Source: an uncultured Verrucomicrobiae bacterium
GTDB taxonomy: Bacteria > Verrucomicrobiota > Verrucomicrobiia > Chthoniobacterales > JAFAMB01
Length of the DNA: 64,000 nucleotides
Direction: 5' to 3'
NCBI GenBank assembly: GCA_963837955.1
Contig: CAWIPH010000002.1
Location: 3,360,001-3,424,000, forward strand
The notes beneath the pieces are model-generated. The model was not told the origin of the DNA. It saw nothing but the letters and a program-made list of their open reading frames with translations, and did not search any database. Numbering within the stretch: the stretch's first letter is position 1; each line of letters starts with the position of its first letter. The position numbers and the translations under genes are program-made. This document shows, piece after piece, positions 11,435-21,990 of the stretch.

Positions 11435-12181
11435 ATGACAGGCTGGCTAAGCTCAAGCGCAGGTGGACAGCTCCGATTCGAAACCACCCAATGGAGCTTG
11501 GTCTCTGCCGCCGCGGGCGAAGGCAAAACGAGCCGGGACGCGCTCGAGGATCTGTACCACAGCTATTGTTATCCGGTCTATTCTTTCGTTCGCCGGCGCG
11601 GCTATAGCCGCCAGGATGCCCAGGATGTGACGCATGATTTCTTTGTTCATCTGGTGGAAAAAAACGGGTTTGGTCGAGCCGTAGCGGGCCAGGGCAAGTT
11701 TCGTACTTTCCTGCTGAGGTCGCTGGAGTTTTTCCTCCAACACGCAGACGAGCGAGCTCGCACCCAGAAACGGGGCGGCCGGACGACACTGGTATTTCTG
11801 GATGATGAAACCGCCGAAGGAGCTTATCAGCTCATTGATCCTGGTCTCACCGCAGAACAAATCTTCGATGCGCAATGGGCCATGATGCTGATCGAAGGCA
11901 CACTGGCTCGCTTGAAACTCGAGATGGAACAGGCCGGGAAACGCGATTTGTTTGATCAGCTGTCCGGCTTTTTGCTTGGCGGCGAGGAAAGTTCTTATCT
12001 TGAGGTAGCACAACGAACCGGTCTCACTGTCGCGGCCACCAAAGCAGCGATTTATCGATTGAGAGTGCGCTACCGCGAGATTTTACGAGCTGAAGTGGCC
12101 CGAACGGTAGCTAGCTCCGCCGATTTCGATGCCGAGATTCGGGCTCTTCAAGCCTCACTGTTGGACGGCTCGCGTGGTTGA
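11435..12181 (+). CDS. ECF RNA polymerase sigma factor (kinase-associated type)
   Basis: FETTQWSLV, YCYPVYSFVRRRG, DAQDVTHDFF, GKFRTFLL, AAIYRLRVRY. Confidence 0.88.
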   Translation: MTGWLSSSAGGQLRFETTQWSLVSAAAGEGKTSRDALEDLYHSYCYPVYSFVRRRGYSRQDAQDVTHDFFVHLVEKNGFGRAVAGQGKFRTFLLRSLEFFLQHADERARTQKRGGRTTLVFLDDETAEGAYQLIDPGLTAEQIFDAQWAMMLIEGTLARLKLEMEQAGKRDLFDQLSGFLLGGEESSYLEVAQRTGLTVAATKAAIYRLRVRYREILRAEVARTVASSADFDAEIRALQASLLDGSRG

Positions 12182-12196
12182 ACGCGTGACGACATC

Positions 12197-12296
12197 GGTA
12201 GGGACGAGCTCCTGCTCGTCCGCGGTTTTTCGCGCCACGTTCTGCGATTCGATATTGTTCAGCGGCCTCCCGGACGAGCAGGAGCTCGTCCCTACC
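12197..12296. repeat. GTAG-family REP doublet (REPIN-like)
   Basis: Perfect 26-bp inverted repeats GGTAGGGACGAGCTCCTGCTCGTCCG (12197-12222 and 12271-12296), each arm itself a hairpin. Confidence 0.85.
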
Positions 12297-12398
12297 TCGG
12301 CTCCACGAAGGCTTGCCAATCCTCGCTTTTTTCGATAGCACGTGCCGCATGCGCGGGTTTCCACGGGTGGAAATAAGGGATGCTCATCGGAGGTGTTG

Positions 12399-15200
12399 AT
12401 GAGTGCTCTCGCTGCAATTCCCGAACAAACGACCTGCCGACGCTGTCACGCGATCATCAGCTCTAAGCGTTCGTATCATGGGTATTGCCTTCCCTGCCTG
12501 TTAAATCCTGCGCTTGAACCCGATCATTTGCTCGAACAGGACCAGAGTAATCGGTTCGAGCCCTATGAAGTTTTGACCCATTCGGACGGGTCTTTTGTCG
12601 AGCTGGGTCGCGGATCGATGGGGATCACTTACCGAGCTCTCGACACCAATCTCCAGCTTCCAGTAGCGCTGAAAGTCATCGACTTCAGCGTAGCCGGCCA
12701 GGAAATCAATTGGGAACGTTTTCTCCGGGAAGCCCGCGCCGCCGCCAGGTTGCGGCATCCGCACGTGGTCAGCGTCCTTTATTATGGCGTCGCCCGTGAT
12801 GGCCAGTGTTACTATGCGATGGAGCTGGTCGAAGGTGAGACGCTGGCCGAGCGAGTCCGGCGCAGCGGCCCCTTGCCGGTTACGGATGCCTTAGAGGTGA
12901 TTGCTCAGGTAGCGAGCGCGTTGCAAGCGGTCGAAAAACAGGGCTTGGTGCATCGCGATTTGAAACCGGCCAATCTCATGCTGCTCAAAGACACGGGGCT
13001 CAGTGTTAAGGTAATCGATTTTGGGCTCGCCAAGAGCATAAGTACTCAGGAACCGAGCGATCGGATCACCCACGACGGCTTTATCGGGACGCCGGCCTTC
13101 GCCAGCCCAGAACAATTTTCCCATGAAAAGATCGATCAGCGGTCCGACTACTTCTCTTTGGGCAGCACCCTTTTCTATTTGCTCACCGGCAGCCCGCCGT
13201 TCAAGGCCGATCAAATCTGTGAACTGCCAGAGCAGATGATCCATCGGGAGCCGCTGATTGCCCAGCTTAAGGCCGCGCGGATTCCTTCACAGGTTAGGAA
13301 ACTGGTGGATTCGCTTTTAAGCGCTGCCCCGGAGGATCGACCCCAGAGTGGACGGGCGCTGGTCGAAGCCATCGCCAAATGCCAACGAGCAATCGCCAAA
13401 ACGAAGCGGATCGGCAGTAAGACAGCGATTATTGCCGGGTTGGGCCTGCTCATCGTGGCGATGTTATTCTTTTTCCAAAGCGGGATTTTCACAAAAGATA
13501 GCACCGCGAAATCAATTGCGGTTTTACCCTTCAACAATCTGAGTTCGGCGAGCGACGACTCCTATTTTGTTGACGGGGTCCAGGACGATATTCTGACTGA
13601 CCTTGCGAAAATCGCCGATCTGCAGGTGATCAGCCGCGGGAGCGTCCAGGGTTACCGGAACCCAGCGAACCGCCCGCTTCCCCGGGAAATCGGTCAGGCG
13701 CTCCACGTCCGGTACCTTCTCAATGGGAGCGTCCAACGCGAAGGCAGCCGGATCCGAGTGACGGCCCAACTGGAAGAAGCCCAGACTGGCCGCGAACTTT
13801 GGGCAGAGCGGTACGACGGCGAGTTAACCGATGTTTTCGCGATTCAGGCAGAACTCGCCGAAGGGATCTCACATGAACTACGCGCCAAACTTTCTACGGC
13901 CGAAAAAAGTTCGCTCAGCGAGATCCCAACCCGCGATCTCGCTGCCTATGAGCTCTATCTTCACGCCAAAGAACTCATCGCGAATTATGACGAACAGACT
14001 CAGAGTGCCGAACCGTTCTACAGCGGGGTGCGGCTTTTAGAGGAAGCTGTCAACCGGGACCCGGGCTTTGCTCTGGCCTGGGCCATGCTGGCAAAAGCTA
14101 ATGACGGTTTGTATTGGCACAGCGCCGACCATACCGAAAGCAGGCGGACGGCTGCTGAAAACGCCCTGCAGAAAGCGCTGCAGTTACGGCCAGACCTCGG
14201 TGAAGTTCACCTCGAGGCAGGTCACCATTTGTCGGTTACCACTCGCGACTATCCCGCGATTCGCCGGGAACTCGAGCTCGCTCGTCGCACCTTGCCAAAT
14301 TCGGCTTACCTGTTCGGTCTTTTGGCCAGTGTCAACTCGCGCCAAGGGCAATGGCGCGAAGCCGTGCAAGATTACGAGAGAGCATCAACCCTCGATCCGA
14401 AAAACGTCCATTGGATCATCGGTCTGTATGGAATCTACGATTTCCATCGGCAGTACGAAGAGGTTCACCGGGGGTTGGCCGAAACTGCGAGAGCCGGTGC
14501 GAGTACCCAATCAATCGATTACAAGAAAGCAGTGCTTACGTGGCAGGAGAAAGGCGATACTTCGGGATTTCATGCCCTTCTGGATGAGCCAGCCGGACCG
14601 CTCCGGGCCAGCGGACGCGCCACGCTCCTGAAGATCTCCGCCGCGTTGGGAGACCGGAATTTTGCCAAAGCTGAGCAGATTCTGGCGGCCGATCCCAAGG
14701 AAGAGTTTGAGGTCGGCGAACGGAGATTCGCCTGCCGGGATTTTCTGCTCGGGTGGATCAAAAAATCCGAAGGCGATGACGCAGCAGCGAAAATTGCCTT
14801 CGTGAATTCGCGTCCAATGCAACTCGCTTATGTTCAAAAATGGTCGGATGACCCGAACCCTTTGACGATGTTGGCGCTCACCGATGCGGCGCTTGGGCAT
14901 ACGGAAGACGCGCTGAGCGAAGGGCGTCAGGCAACGGCGATGCAACCGATCTCGCGGGATGCGATTGACGGGCCCTTGTTAGCAGCGGAAGTGGCGGAGG
15001 TTTATGCGTGGGCCGGCGAACGCGAGTTGGCTATCAAACAACTCGAGATGCTGGAACAAGTCCCCCGGGCATTAACGTATGGTGATCTCGCCAGGTTGCC
15101 GGACTGGGATTCGTTGCGAAGCGACCCGCGATTCCAGAAGGTTTTATCCCAACTAAAGCCGATCCCGATCGTCAACCGCTCGGACTCCGCAAATCGTTAA
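12399..15200 (+). CDS. Hanks-type Ser/Thr kinase with TM segment, TolB-N-like domain and TPR region
   Basis: LGRGSMG, VALK, HRDLKPAN, DFG, GTPAFASPE; SIAVLPFNNLS; TPR helices; DSLRSDPRF tail. GGAGG RBS. Confidence 0.92.
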   Translation: MSALAAIPEQTTCRRCHAIISSKRSYHGYCLPCLLNPALEPDHLLEQDQSNRFEPYEVLTHSDGSFVELGRGSMGITYRALDTNLQLPVALKVIDFSVAGQEINWERFLREARAAARLRHPHVVSVLYYGVARDGQCYYAMELVEGETLAERVRRSGPLPVTDALEVIAQVASALQAVEKQGLVHRDLKPANLMLLKDTGLSVKVIDFGLAKSISTQEPSDRITHDGFIGTPAFASPEQFSHEKIDQRSDYFSLGSTLFYLLTGSPPFKADQICELPEQMIHREPLIAQLKAARIPSQVRKLVDSLLSAAPEDRPQSGRALVEAIAKCQRAIAKTKRIGSKTAIIAGLGLLIVAMLFFFQSGIFTKDSTAKSIAVLPFNNLSSASDDSYFVDGVQDDILTDLAKIADLQVISRGSVQGYRNPANRPLPREIGQALHVRYLLNGSVQREGSRIRVTAQLEEAQTGRELWAERYDGELTDVFAIQAELAEGISHELRAKLSTAEKSSLSEIPTRDLAAYELYLHAKELIANYDEQTQSAEPFYSGVRLLEEAVNRDPGFALAWAMLAKANDGLYWHSADHTESRRTAAENALQKALQLRPDLGEVHLEAGHHLSVTTRDYPAIRRELELARRTLPNSAYLFGLLASVNSRQGQWREAVQDYERASTLDPKNVHWIIGLYGIYDFHRQYEEVHRGLAETARAGASTQSIDYKKAVLTWQEKGDTSGFHALLDEPAGPLRASGRATLLKISAALGDRNFAKAEQILAADPKEEFEVGERRFACRDFLLGWIKKSEGDDAAAKIAFVNSRPMQLAYVQKWSDDPNPLTMLALTDAALGHTEDALSEGRQATAMQPISRDAIDGPLLAAEVAEVYAWAGERELAIKQLEMLEQVPRALTYGDLARLPDWDSLRSDPRFQKVLSQLKPIPIVNRSDSANR

Positions 15201-15521
15201 GTCCGCGGATAATAGAAACCTGCGTGATTGGTGAGATGTGAATGGTGATTCGCAGGGCGAAGCTCCCCGTATTGCCTATATGGTTTCGCAGAACGGAACT
15301 AACCGGAATCAGGAAAGCCAGGGAGAGAACGTTGGGAGCAGATGATATGGGCCACGTCTTAAGCGCTGGTATGATTAATCTCATTTGAGGCAACGATTGC
15401 GGCAGTTGGGACAAATTAACGGCTGTTTCCAAAGCGGCGGGCTTTAGTACGGCGAACCAAACGCGTGCAATCAGACCATCCGGTCAAGGCTGCAGGCAAA
15501 TCTTAGGAGAGCGTACTATTT

Positions 15522-16763
15522 ATGAAACTGGGTTTTATTTGTCTAAATCTACCGGGTCACCTTAATCCGATGACGGCACTGGCGCGTCATCTGCAGGAAC
15601 GCAACCATGAGGTTGTCTTCCTTTATTCTTCGAGCGCTAACGGTTTGCCGTGTGCTCCCGGTGACGATAGGGATCCCATTAACGAGAGCCGGCCCGAAGT
15701 GAGCAAGCTGCAAGGAGACGATGCCTTAGCATTTGCCCTTGGCCTACTGGTGCAGCGAACAGAGGCCATGCTAAAGTCAATGCCCGCCATGATCGAGGAG
15801 AACGGCATCGATGGTCTCATCATCGACCCGATCCAATTTTATGCCGAACTGGCGCCGATGAACTTGGGCATACCCTATATCCACGTGGCGGTCGCCATTC
15901 ATTGTGACTACTCTGGTTACACACCCCTCGCTATCTATGGTGATCCTCACCAGACCACCCCTGAAGCGATAGCCAGAAATCGGAAAGGCGTGGTCAAGTT
16001 TGCTAAAATGCTTAGCAACGACGGGGTCAAAGCCTATGCGAAGAACGCCGGCTTCAAAATCGATTGGGAGAATCCCGGTTTCACTTTGTCCGATATCGCG
16101 TGGCTCACCCAAGTCCCGAGAGAGTTCGATTTTGAAAATTCTCATTGGCCGTCGCAGTTTCATCACACCGGGCCGTTCCATGATGGCAAAGGCCGGGACG
16201 AGGTGAATTTCCCTTGGGAACGATTAACCGGAGAGCCGCTGATCTACGCTTCAATGGGGACAATCCTGAATGGTCAAGCGGAGGTTTTCCGCACCATTGC
16301 GGCCGGTGTTGCGAAGCACAAGCGCGTGCAGTTGGTTCTTTCCATTGGCGATCAACTCGAGCCGGAGCAGATCGGGCCGGTTCCAAGCAATGCGATCATC
16401 GTCAAGCGAGCACCTCAATTGGAACTATTAAAGCGGGCCTCGGTTTGTATCACGCATTCAGGGGTGAACACCGTGCTGGAATCGCTGGCGCAGGGTGTCC
16501 CGCAAGTGGCTATCCCGGTAACCTTTGATCAGCCCGGTATCGCTGCCAGAATAGCGTACCACAAAACCGGCGTGGTCACGTCGTTAGATAAGTTAACCGC
16601 GGCCCATCTCTCAGATCTTCTCGGCGAGGTGCTGACCGAAGCGACTTACCGTGACAATGCTCGCCGGATCCAGAAAGCGATTGTGAAGACCAACGGACTC
16701 TCCGTTGCAGCCGATCTGGTAGAACAGTCCTTCGGTGCTAACGCGCTGACCGGCGCCGTATAG
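15522..16763 (+). CDS. MGT/UDP-glycosyltransferase (GT1, CrtX-like)
   Basis: PGHLNPM, IYASMGT, APQLELL...ITHSGVNTVLESLAQGVPQVAIPVTFDQ. Confidence 0.9.
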   Translation: MKLGFICLNLPGHLNPMTALARHLQERNHEVVFLYSSSANGLPCAPGDDRDPINESRPEVSKLQGDDALAFALGLLVQRTEAMLKSMPAMIEENGIDGLIIDPIQFYAELAPMNLGIPYIHVAVAIHCDYSGYTPLAIYGDPHQTTPEAIARNRKGVVKFAKMLSNDGVKAYAKNAGFKIDWENPGFTLSDIAWLTQVPREFDFENSHWPSQFHHTGPFHDGKGRDEVNFPWERLTGEPLIYASMGTILNGQAEVFRTIAAGVAKHKRVQLVLSIGDQLEPEQIGPVPSNAIIVKRAPQLELLKRASVCITHSGVNTVLESLAQGVPQVAIPVTFDQPGIAARIAYHKTGVVTSLDKLTAAHLSDLLGEVLTEATYRDNARRIQKAIVKTNGLSVAADLVEQSFGANALTGAV

Positions 16764-16922
16764 AACGGTGGAGGCCGCTTCGGTCATGAACTGAAAGTTC
16801 TCTCTCGTTCCGTTCTTGTCCTAAACATAGGGGATTTTCCAGACGACCTAGGAGCTGTAATCAGCGGTGGGAAGGTCGCAGGGATTTGGTAAACAAGAAG
16901 GACATCGGGAGATAGGGGTACC

Positions 16923-16968
16923 CGTGCGAATTGCCTCGTAGGCGAGACAATTCGCACGTCTTCTTTTT
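16923..16968 (+). terminator. Long hairpin with T-rich tail, probable terminator
   Basis: CGTGCGAATTG...CAATTCGCACG followed by TCTTCTTTTT, between convergent genes. Confidence 0.6.
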
Positions 16969-17101
16969 AGGCAAGGCACTTCCTAGGTTCCGGTGCCTGC
17001 AGGCCAAATTTGTTCAGCAGCAGTTCTAGCGGGAAACACAATTGCTGAGCCACGACCAGACCGTGATTAACGCGAAGAGCTATCGCTCGGCGGCCATGTA
17101 A

Positions 17102-18022
17102 CTAGGCCGCTCTTTGCGATTCGACCGCAAGGTTCCGCGGTGTCAGAAGATCCTGAAGACCGATATATCGGAGCAGCTCAGCTCGTACCCGATCGGCAAC
17201 GCCGTTGACGATCTCGCAGCCATCCTGCGAAGGATCGACGTGAACCCGAAAAGGCCTCCTGCCAAATGGGGTCTCAACGACCTTGACAATCGCTTCTGCG
17301 ACCATGCCGACATCGGCGCCGGCGGGCTCGAGCGATGCGATACCCTTCAGGATTAAGTCCTCCAATCCGGCATAAGGCCCCCTGTCATATTCCGCCGCCA
17401 GCGCCTGATCGGTCGGAGAGCCGGCGTTCGCAAAGTGACTGGTGCCTTTGGTGAAAGCACCCGGCACGACAATGGTGGTCTCCACACCCCAGCGCGCCAG
17501 TTCGCCAGCGTAGGAAACAGCCAGCGAGTCCATCGCCGCCTTCGCCGCGAAATAAGGCGCCAGATACGGGGGCGTACCGCCTCGGGTGCTGCTCGAGGAA
17601 ACCCAGATCACCAACCCTCGTCCCTGTTTGCGGAGCTGGGGCAGCGCGGCCCGGTTGACGCGTTGGGTGCTGAGAACGTTTACGTCATAGAGCCGGGCGA
17701 ACTGCTCTGGCGTAAACGCCTCCGCCGGTCCGAAAGCCATATGGCCGGCATTGTGGACGATGACGTCGAAGCGCCCGGTTTCGGCAATGATTCTGCCGAT
17801 GCCAGCTTCGACGGATCTATCCGAGACAACGTCAAGCTCAACGACGCGCAGATCAACACCGTGCTTCGCGGCATACTCATGAGCCAGCACCACCTGATAC
17901 GCGGTGCCGCCCTCCGTATCCCGCATTCCGGCGTAGACGGTGTGACCGGCGCTGGCCAGAGCGCGTGAAGCAAGAGCACCAAAACCGCTCGATGCTCCAG
18001 TGACGACAATTACTTCCTTCAT
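17102..18022 (-). CDS. SDR family oxidoreductase
   Basis: TGASSGFG, HNAG, YFAAK. Confidence 0.92.
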   Translation of the reverse strand: MKEVIVVTGASSGFGALASRALASAGHTVYAGMRDTEGGTAYQVVLAHEYAAKHGVDLRVVELDVVSDRSVEAGIGRIIAETGRFDVIVHNAGHMAFGPAEAFTPEQFARLYDVNVLSTQRVNRAALPQLRKQGRGLVIWVSSSSTRGGTPPYLAPYFAAKAAMDSLAVSYAGELARWGVETTIVVPGAFTKGTSHFANAGSPTDQALAAEYDRGPYAGLEDLILKGIASLEPAGADVGMVAEAIVKVVETPFGRRPFRVHVDPSQDGCEIVNGVADRVRAELLRYIGLQDLLTPRNLAVESQRAA

Positions 18023-18051
18023 TGCTTATCTCCTTTTCAGTGATGGAAACA

Positions 18052-18792
18052 TCAGACCATGCCGCCATTGGCGCGAAGCACCTGGCCATTGATCCAGGAT
18101 CCGTCCGGACCGGCTAGGAAAGCGACGGCAGCAGCGATGTCTTGCGGCGTCCCCAGGCGCTCAAGCGGATTCATTTTCGCCATGCGCTCGATGAGCTCCT
18201 GCGATTTTCCGTTCAAGAATAGGTCGGTCCCGGTCGGGCCTGGCGCGATCGCGTTGACCGTGATCGACCGGCCGCGGAGTTCCTTGGAGAGGATCGCGGT
18301 CAGCGTTTCGACGGCAGACTTGGTCGCGGCGTAGATGCCATAGGTCTCCAGCCTGAGGCCGACGACACTGGTAGAGAAATTGATGATACGTCCACCGGTA
18401 CGAAGCCGTTTGGCTGCTTCGCGCAGGCCGTTGAACGTGCCCTTCAGATTGACGGCAACGAGGCGGTCAAACGTTGCATCATCCGTAGTGGCGACGCTCG
18501 ACAGTGTCATGATCCCGGCGTTGTTGACCAGAACGTCGACGCCGCCGAACTCTTTTTCAGCAGCATCGAACAGGCGCGCTACCTCGACCGGTTTACTGAC
18601 ATCGGCTTGCGCGCTGATTGCGCGGCCTTCGTTCGCGTTGATTTTCTTGACGAGCGCAGCAGCTTCCGCTTCGCCCCCCGAATAGTTCGCTACGATGGCG
18701 AAGCCGTCCTGCGCCAGTCGCTTGGCGACGGCGCTGCCGATGCCACGGGATGCCCCAGTTACGATGGCAGTCTTGGTTGATGTATTTGTCAT
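18052..18792 (-). CDS. SDR family oxidoreductase (3-oxoacyl-ACP reductase-like)
   Basis: TGASRGIG, VNNAG, YAATK, WINGQVLRANGG. Confidence 0.93.
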   Translation of the reverse strand: MTNTSTKTAIVTGASRGIGSAVAKRLAQDGFAIVANYSGGEAEAAALVKKINANEGRAISAQADVSKPVEVARLFDAAEKEFGGVDVLVNNAGIMTLSSVATTDDATFDRLVAVNLKGTFNGLREAAKRLRTGGRIINFSTSVVGLRLETYGIYAATKSAVETLTAILSKELRGRSITVNAIAPGPTGTDLFLNGKSQELIERMAKMNPLERLGTPQDIAAAVAFLAGPDGSWINGQVLRANGGMV

Positions 18793-18850
18793 GGTTCAAA
18801 TATTAGACATCGCCAAACAATAACTCTAATGCATAGTGCTTATACTGATC

Positions 18851-19804
18851 ATGCGCATAACACATTTACGTCAAGCGGATCTGAACCTGTTAATTGTCTT
18901 CACGGTGCTTGCCGAAGAACGAAATGTCACGCGCGCCGCGGCGCGGTTGTCGCTCAGCCAGCCGGCAGCGAGCCGCGCGTTGCAACGGTTGCGAGACATG
19001 TTCCACGATGACCTCCTGATCAGGACCTCCTCCGGGTATCAGCCCACTCCCAAGGGCGAACGCCTTCTGCACGAACTCGAATCAACGCTGCCACGATTGG
19101 ACCGATTGCTCAGCGGGAAGGACTTCGACCCGGCTGCGGAAGAGACCTCCTTCCAGATCGCTACCACCGATCACGCTTCCCACGTACTTTGTCCGCTGCT
19201 ATGCCGCACCGTGCTCGCACCGGCAGGCAAGATCTCTTTTCATTTCATGCCGCTGCACGACGGGACGTTCGAAGCGATGGAAAAGGCCCGAATCGATCTG
19301 GTGCTGAATGCTGACGACGGCTACGCTCCCGCGCACCTGGCAAAAGAGGCCATCTTCGAGGTGGAGTTTGTTTGTGTCGTGGCTAAGGAAAGCCGCTTCT
19401 CGCGTGCTTTCACACTGAAGCAGTATCTGGCTGCAGATCACATCGGAATCGGGGTGCTGCGAGGAATTCAAACTATCCCGGAGAAGAGATTAGCCGCGGT
19501 CGGGGCCGAGCGCCACTGCCCGATCTGGGTGCCCTATCATACGGCCGCGATGCGCAGCGTTGCCGGCACAAACCTGGTCGCGACGGTACCCAGACGCATG
19601 GCGGAATTGGAAGCCTCGAATCCGGCCATAAAGATCCTCAAGGCGCCAGCCGAACTCGAGGGATTCAACTACCTGATGATCTGGCATCCCCGAATGAATA
19701 CTGACGCGGCACACGTCTGGTTGCGTTCGATCGTCCGTGAGGCAGGAAAGCATATATCGCTTGAGGTCACTAAAGACAGACCCCAGTTGAACTTGAATCG
19801 ATAG
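18851..19804 (+). CDS. LysR family transcriptional regulator
   Basis: DLNLLIVF...NVTRAAARLSLSQPAASRALQRLR. Divergent from the SDR pair. Confidence 0.93.
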   Translation: MRITHLRQADLNLLIVFTVLAEERNVTRAAARLSLSQPAASRALQRLRDMFHDDLLIRTSSGYQPTPKGERLLHELESTLPRLDRLLSGKDFDPAAEETSFQIATTDHASHVLCPLLCRTVLAPAGKISFHFMPLHDGTFEAMEKARIDLVLNADDGYAPAHLAKEAIFEVEFVCVVAKESRFSRAFTLKQYLAADHIGIGVLRGIQTIPEKRLAAVGAERHCPIWVPYHTAAMRSVAGTNLVATVPRRMAELEASNPAIKILKAPAELEGFNYLMIWHPRMNTDAAHVWLRSIVREAGKHISLEVTKDRPQLNLNR

Positions 19805-19870
19805 TTCACCCACACGTTGCCCTACCCTCGCCCTCTGGTAAGTCTTCGGGCACCGCTTGCCGTTTCAATG

Positions 19871-19900
19871 AAACCGGGTAGCGATTAATCTACCCGGTTT
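19871..19900. terminator. Probable bidirectional terminator
   Basis: AAACCGGGTAG-N8-CTACCCGGTTT between convergent genes. Confidence 0.6.
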
Positions 19901-19960
19901 AGGGTTATATACTCCGCTTGCTCCAAGCGACCTCCGGAACAGAGTAATATAATCAGTTTT

Positions 19961-20638
19961 TTACTTGGCTACATCCGCCACTAAATCTGCGGTCGCAATC
20001 TGCTGACCCGGCATAAGTACGGTTGCATGGAACAATGTATTCACGGCTTGAGCGAAGGCGGCAGAGATTTGCAGGTTCTCCGATATGGTGAATTGCGTTT
20101 TGTCGGGTGTTAGGCCAATTCTTGCAGCTGTCGCGGTCGCCAGTTCAATTTCTCCTCCCCCGACATCCCGTCCATTGGCGGAAAATCTGGCAAAGAGGTT
20201 TCCGGAGGTATCTTCGCGAAATTCGGTGAATTCAAGAAATAACCCATCTTGCGGATACGAGACAGAGACTCCTCCTTCCAGCGCGAAATCGCCGGCCTTA
20301 GCCGGTTGCGATTGCGGATCCATGGGCAGGAAGAGAATTCCCTGGGGAAAGATCCCCGGGCTCAGCGCGAGTACTGCAACAGCCGGATGGCCTGCAATGG
20401 CGGGTATCGGAAATGTTGCCGTAGTATGGGTTAGAGCTCCGTTGGCGCCAATTTCAAGGCTGTTGACCTTGAAATTGGGAGTGAACTTGGCGAAGCCGCC
20501 GGCAACATTCTCTGGGATTGAGCTGGAAGATTGCACATTCGCTGGGATTGAGTCGGAAGACTGAGCTAGTGCTGCGTTAACTCCCAGAAGTGCCAAAGCC
20601 GCGACCGATCCTAGAAACCTAACATTGTGAAACTGCAT
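19961..20638 (-). CDS. Hypothetical secreted protein
   Basis: Clear signal peptide ending ALA-Q. 225 aa, no family confidently recognised. Confidence 0.75.
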   Translation of the reverse strand: MQFHNVRFLGSVAALALLGVNAALAQSSDSIPANVQSSSSIPENVAGGFAKFTPNFKVNSLEIGANGALTHTTATFPIPAIAGHPAVAVLALSPGIFPQGILFLPMDPQSQPAKAGDFALEGGVSVSYPQDGLFLEFTEFREDTSGNLFARFSANGRDVGGGEIELATATAARIGLTPDKTQFTISENLQISAAFAQAVNTLFHATVLMPGQQIATADLVADVAK

Positions 20639-20837
20639 AATATGAATAATTGTTTTTTTGTTAATGTTCCCAAGATCCGAACGAAAAGCCCGGATTTTGG
20701 ATTACATGAAATGAACTAGAGGCCAAAATTCAGGGACTCGTCCTCTTTTGTCCCAGTTGCCGGAATTGCCTTTCAGATTGCCACCAACTCCTTCGGCTAT
20801 GTATGCGAACAAGTGAGCAGTCACTAACTGCAGTACC

Positions 20838-20933
20838 CTCGCCTCCGCTGGAGCTGTTATTGTCGGCCGTCGCCGAGAAACGATCGACGACGCACTGAGA
20901 GAAATAGGACCGGGGGCCATTGGCATCCAGGCT
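20838..20933 (+). pseudogene. SDR N-terminal fragment
   Basis: Reads LASAGAVIVGRRRETIDDALREIGPGAIGIQA, the SDR betaB-alphaC region, with no start and no remainder. Confidence 0.5.
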
Positions 20934-21051
20934 GTTGCAAGTTAAGACATAACCCTACTTGGAGTTCCTTTTTGGCCCTCCCGGCAGAGTTTGGCGGTCT
21001 GATTGAAGATCGACGCATCGCGCTGGTTGTGGGCATGATGTCTGGCGCCGC

Positions 21052-21795
21052 ATGAAGATGCTCTTTGTCGCCGACCTGCACTACGCACTCAAACAGTTTG
21101 ATTGGCTGATAGCCAGTGCGGCTAATTACAACCCGGTCATCATAGGTGGTGATCTCCTCGACCTGGGTTCGGTGCTGGACGCTGACATCCAGATCATGGT
21201 GATTGAAAAATATCTTTATCGCCTTCGCCAGCACACCAGCGTGGTCGTTTGCTCAGGCAATCACGATCTTGACGGTTGCAATGCCGCAGGCGAAGCGGTC
21301 GCAAGTTGGCTGCACGACGTGAAAGCCGAAAATCTCTTTGTCGACGGCACCAGCGTCGAACTCTCCGGCGCTCTCTTAACGATTTGTCCATGGTGGGACG
21401 GCGCGGTTTCACGTGCCAAAGTGGAAGCAGACTTGGCGCGGCAGGCCGGTAACAGCAAAAGACCGTGGATCTGGGTTTATCATGCTCCCCCGGCCGGTTC
21501 GGCAGTTAGTTGGAACGGCACAAAGTTCGCGGGGGATGAATTCTTGCGAGAATCGATCACCCGCTTTGGTCCAGACCTTGTGCTCAGCGGTCACATTCAC
21601 AACGCGCCGTTCTACGAAGGAGGTTCGTGGATAGATCGCATCGGCCAAACGTGGGTCTTTAATGTAGGGCGCCAACCAGGTCCCTGGCCAACCTATATCG
21701 TGCTCGACCCCGACACGATGACGGCGAAGTGGACCTCCTTCGAGAAAGAAGCGATATACCCTCTAAGACACGACATTTCTCGACATTTCTCCTAG
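21052..21795 (+). CDS. Calcineurin-like metallophosphoesterase (Icc-related)
   Basis: ADLH, GGDLLD, SGNHD, YHAPP, SGHIH. Confidence 0.9.
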   Translation: MKMLFVADLHYALKQFDWLIASAANYNPVIIGGDLLDLGSVLDADIQIMVIEKYLYRLRQHTSVVVCSGNHDLDGCNAAGEAVASWLHDVKAENLFVDGTSVELSGALLTICPWWDGAVSRAKVEADLARQAGNSKRPWIWVYHAPPAGSAVSWNGTKFAGDEFLRESITRFGPDLVLSGHIHNAPFYEGGSWIDRIGQTWVFNVGRQPGPWPTYIVLDPDTMTAKWTSFEKEAIYPLRHDISRHFS

Positions 21796-21990
21796 GTAGT
21801 CCACAAAACACAACACCCTGCTTGCTAGGGCTTGCTGCATAGTTTTGGCTTCCAATGCCGCCAGCGCATCGCGTAGATTTCGCGAACTTCCATTGGCGTG
21901 AATGATTGACACACCCCCGTAGATTGAATTAGCAGCACGAACTCGCCGAATGAGACGATCCGAATTGGGCCAGACCTCCTTGCGCTGGCA

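Noticed and set aside
10694..11438. ORFs between the S53 peptidase and the ECF sigma factor
   Set aside because: Overlapping frames with no recognisable motif or RBS. None can be supported.
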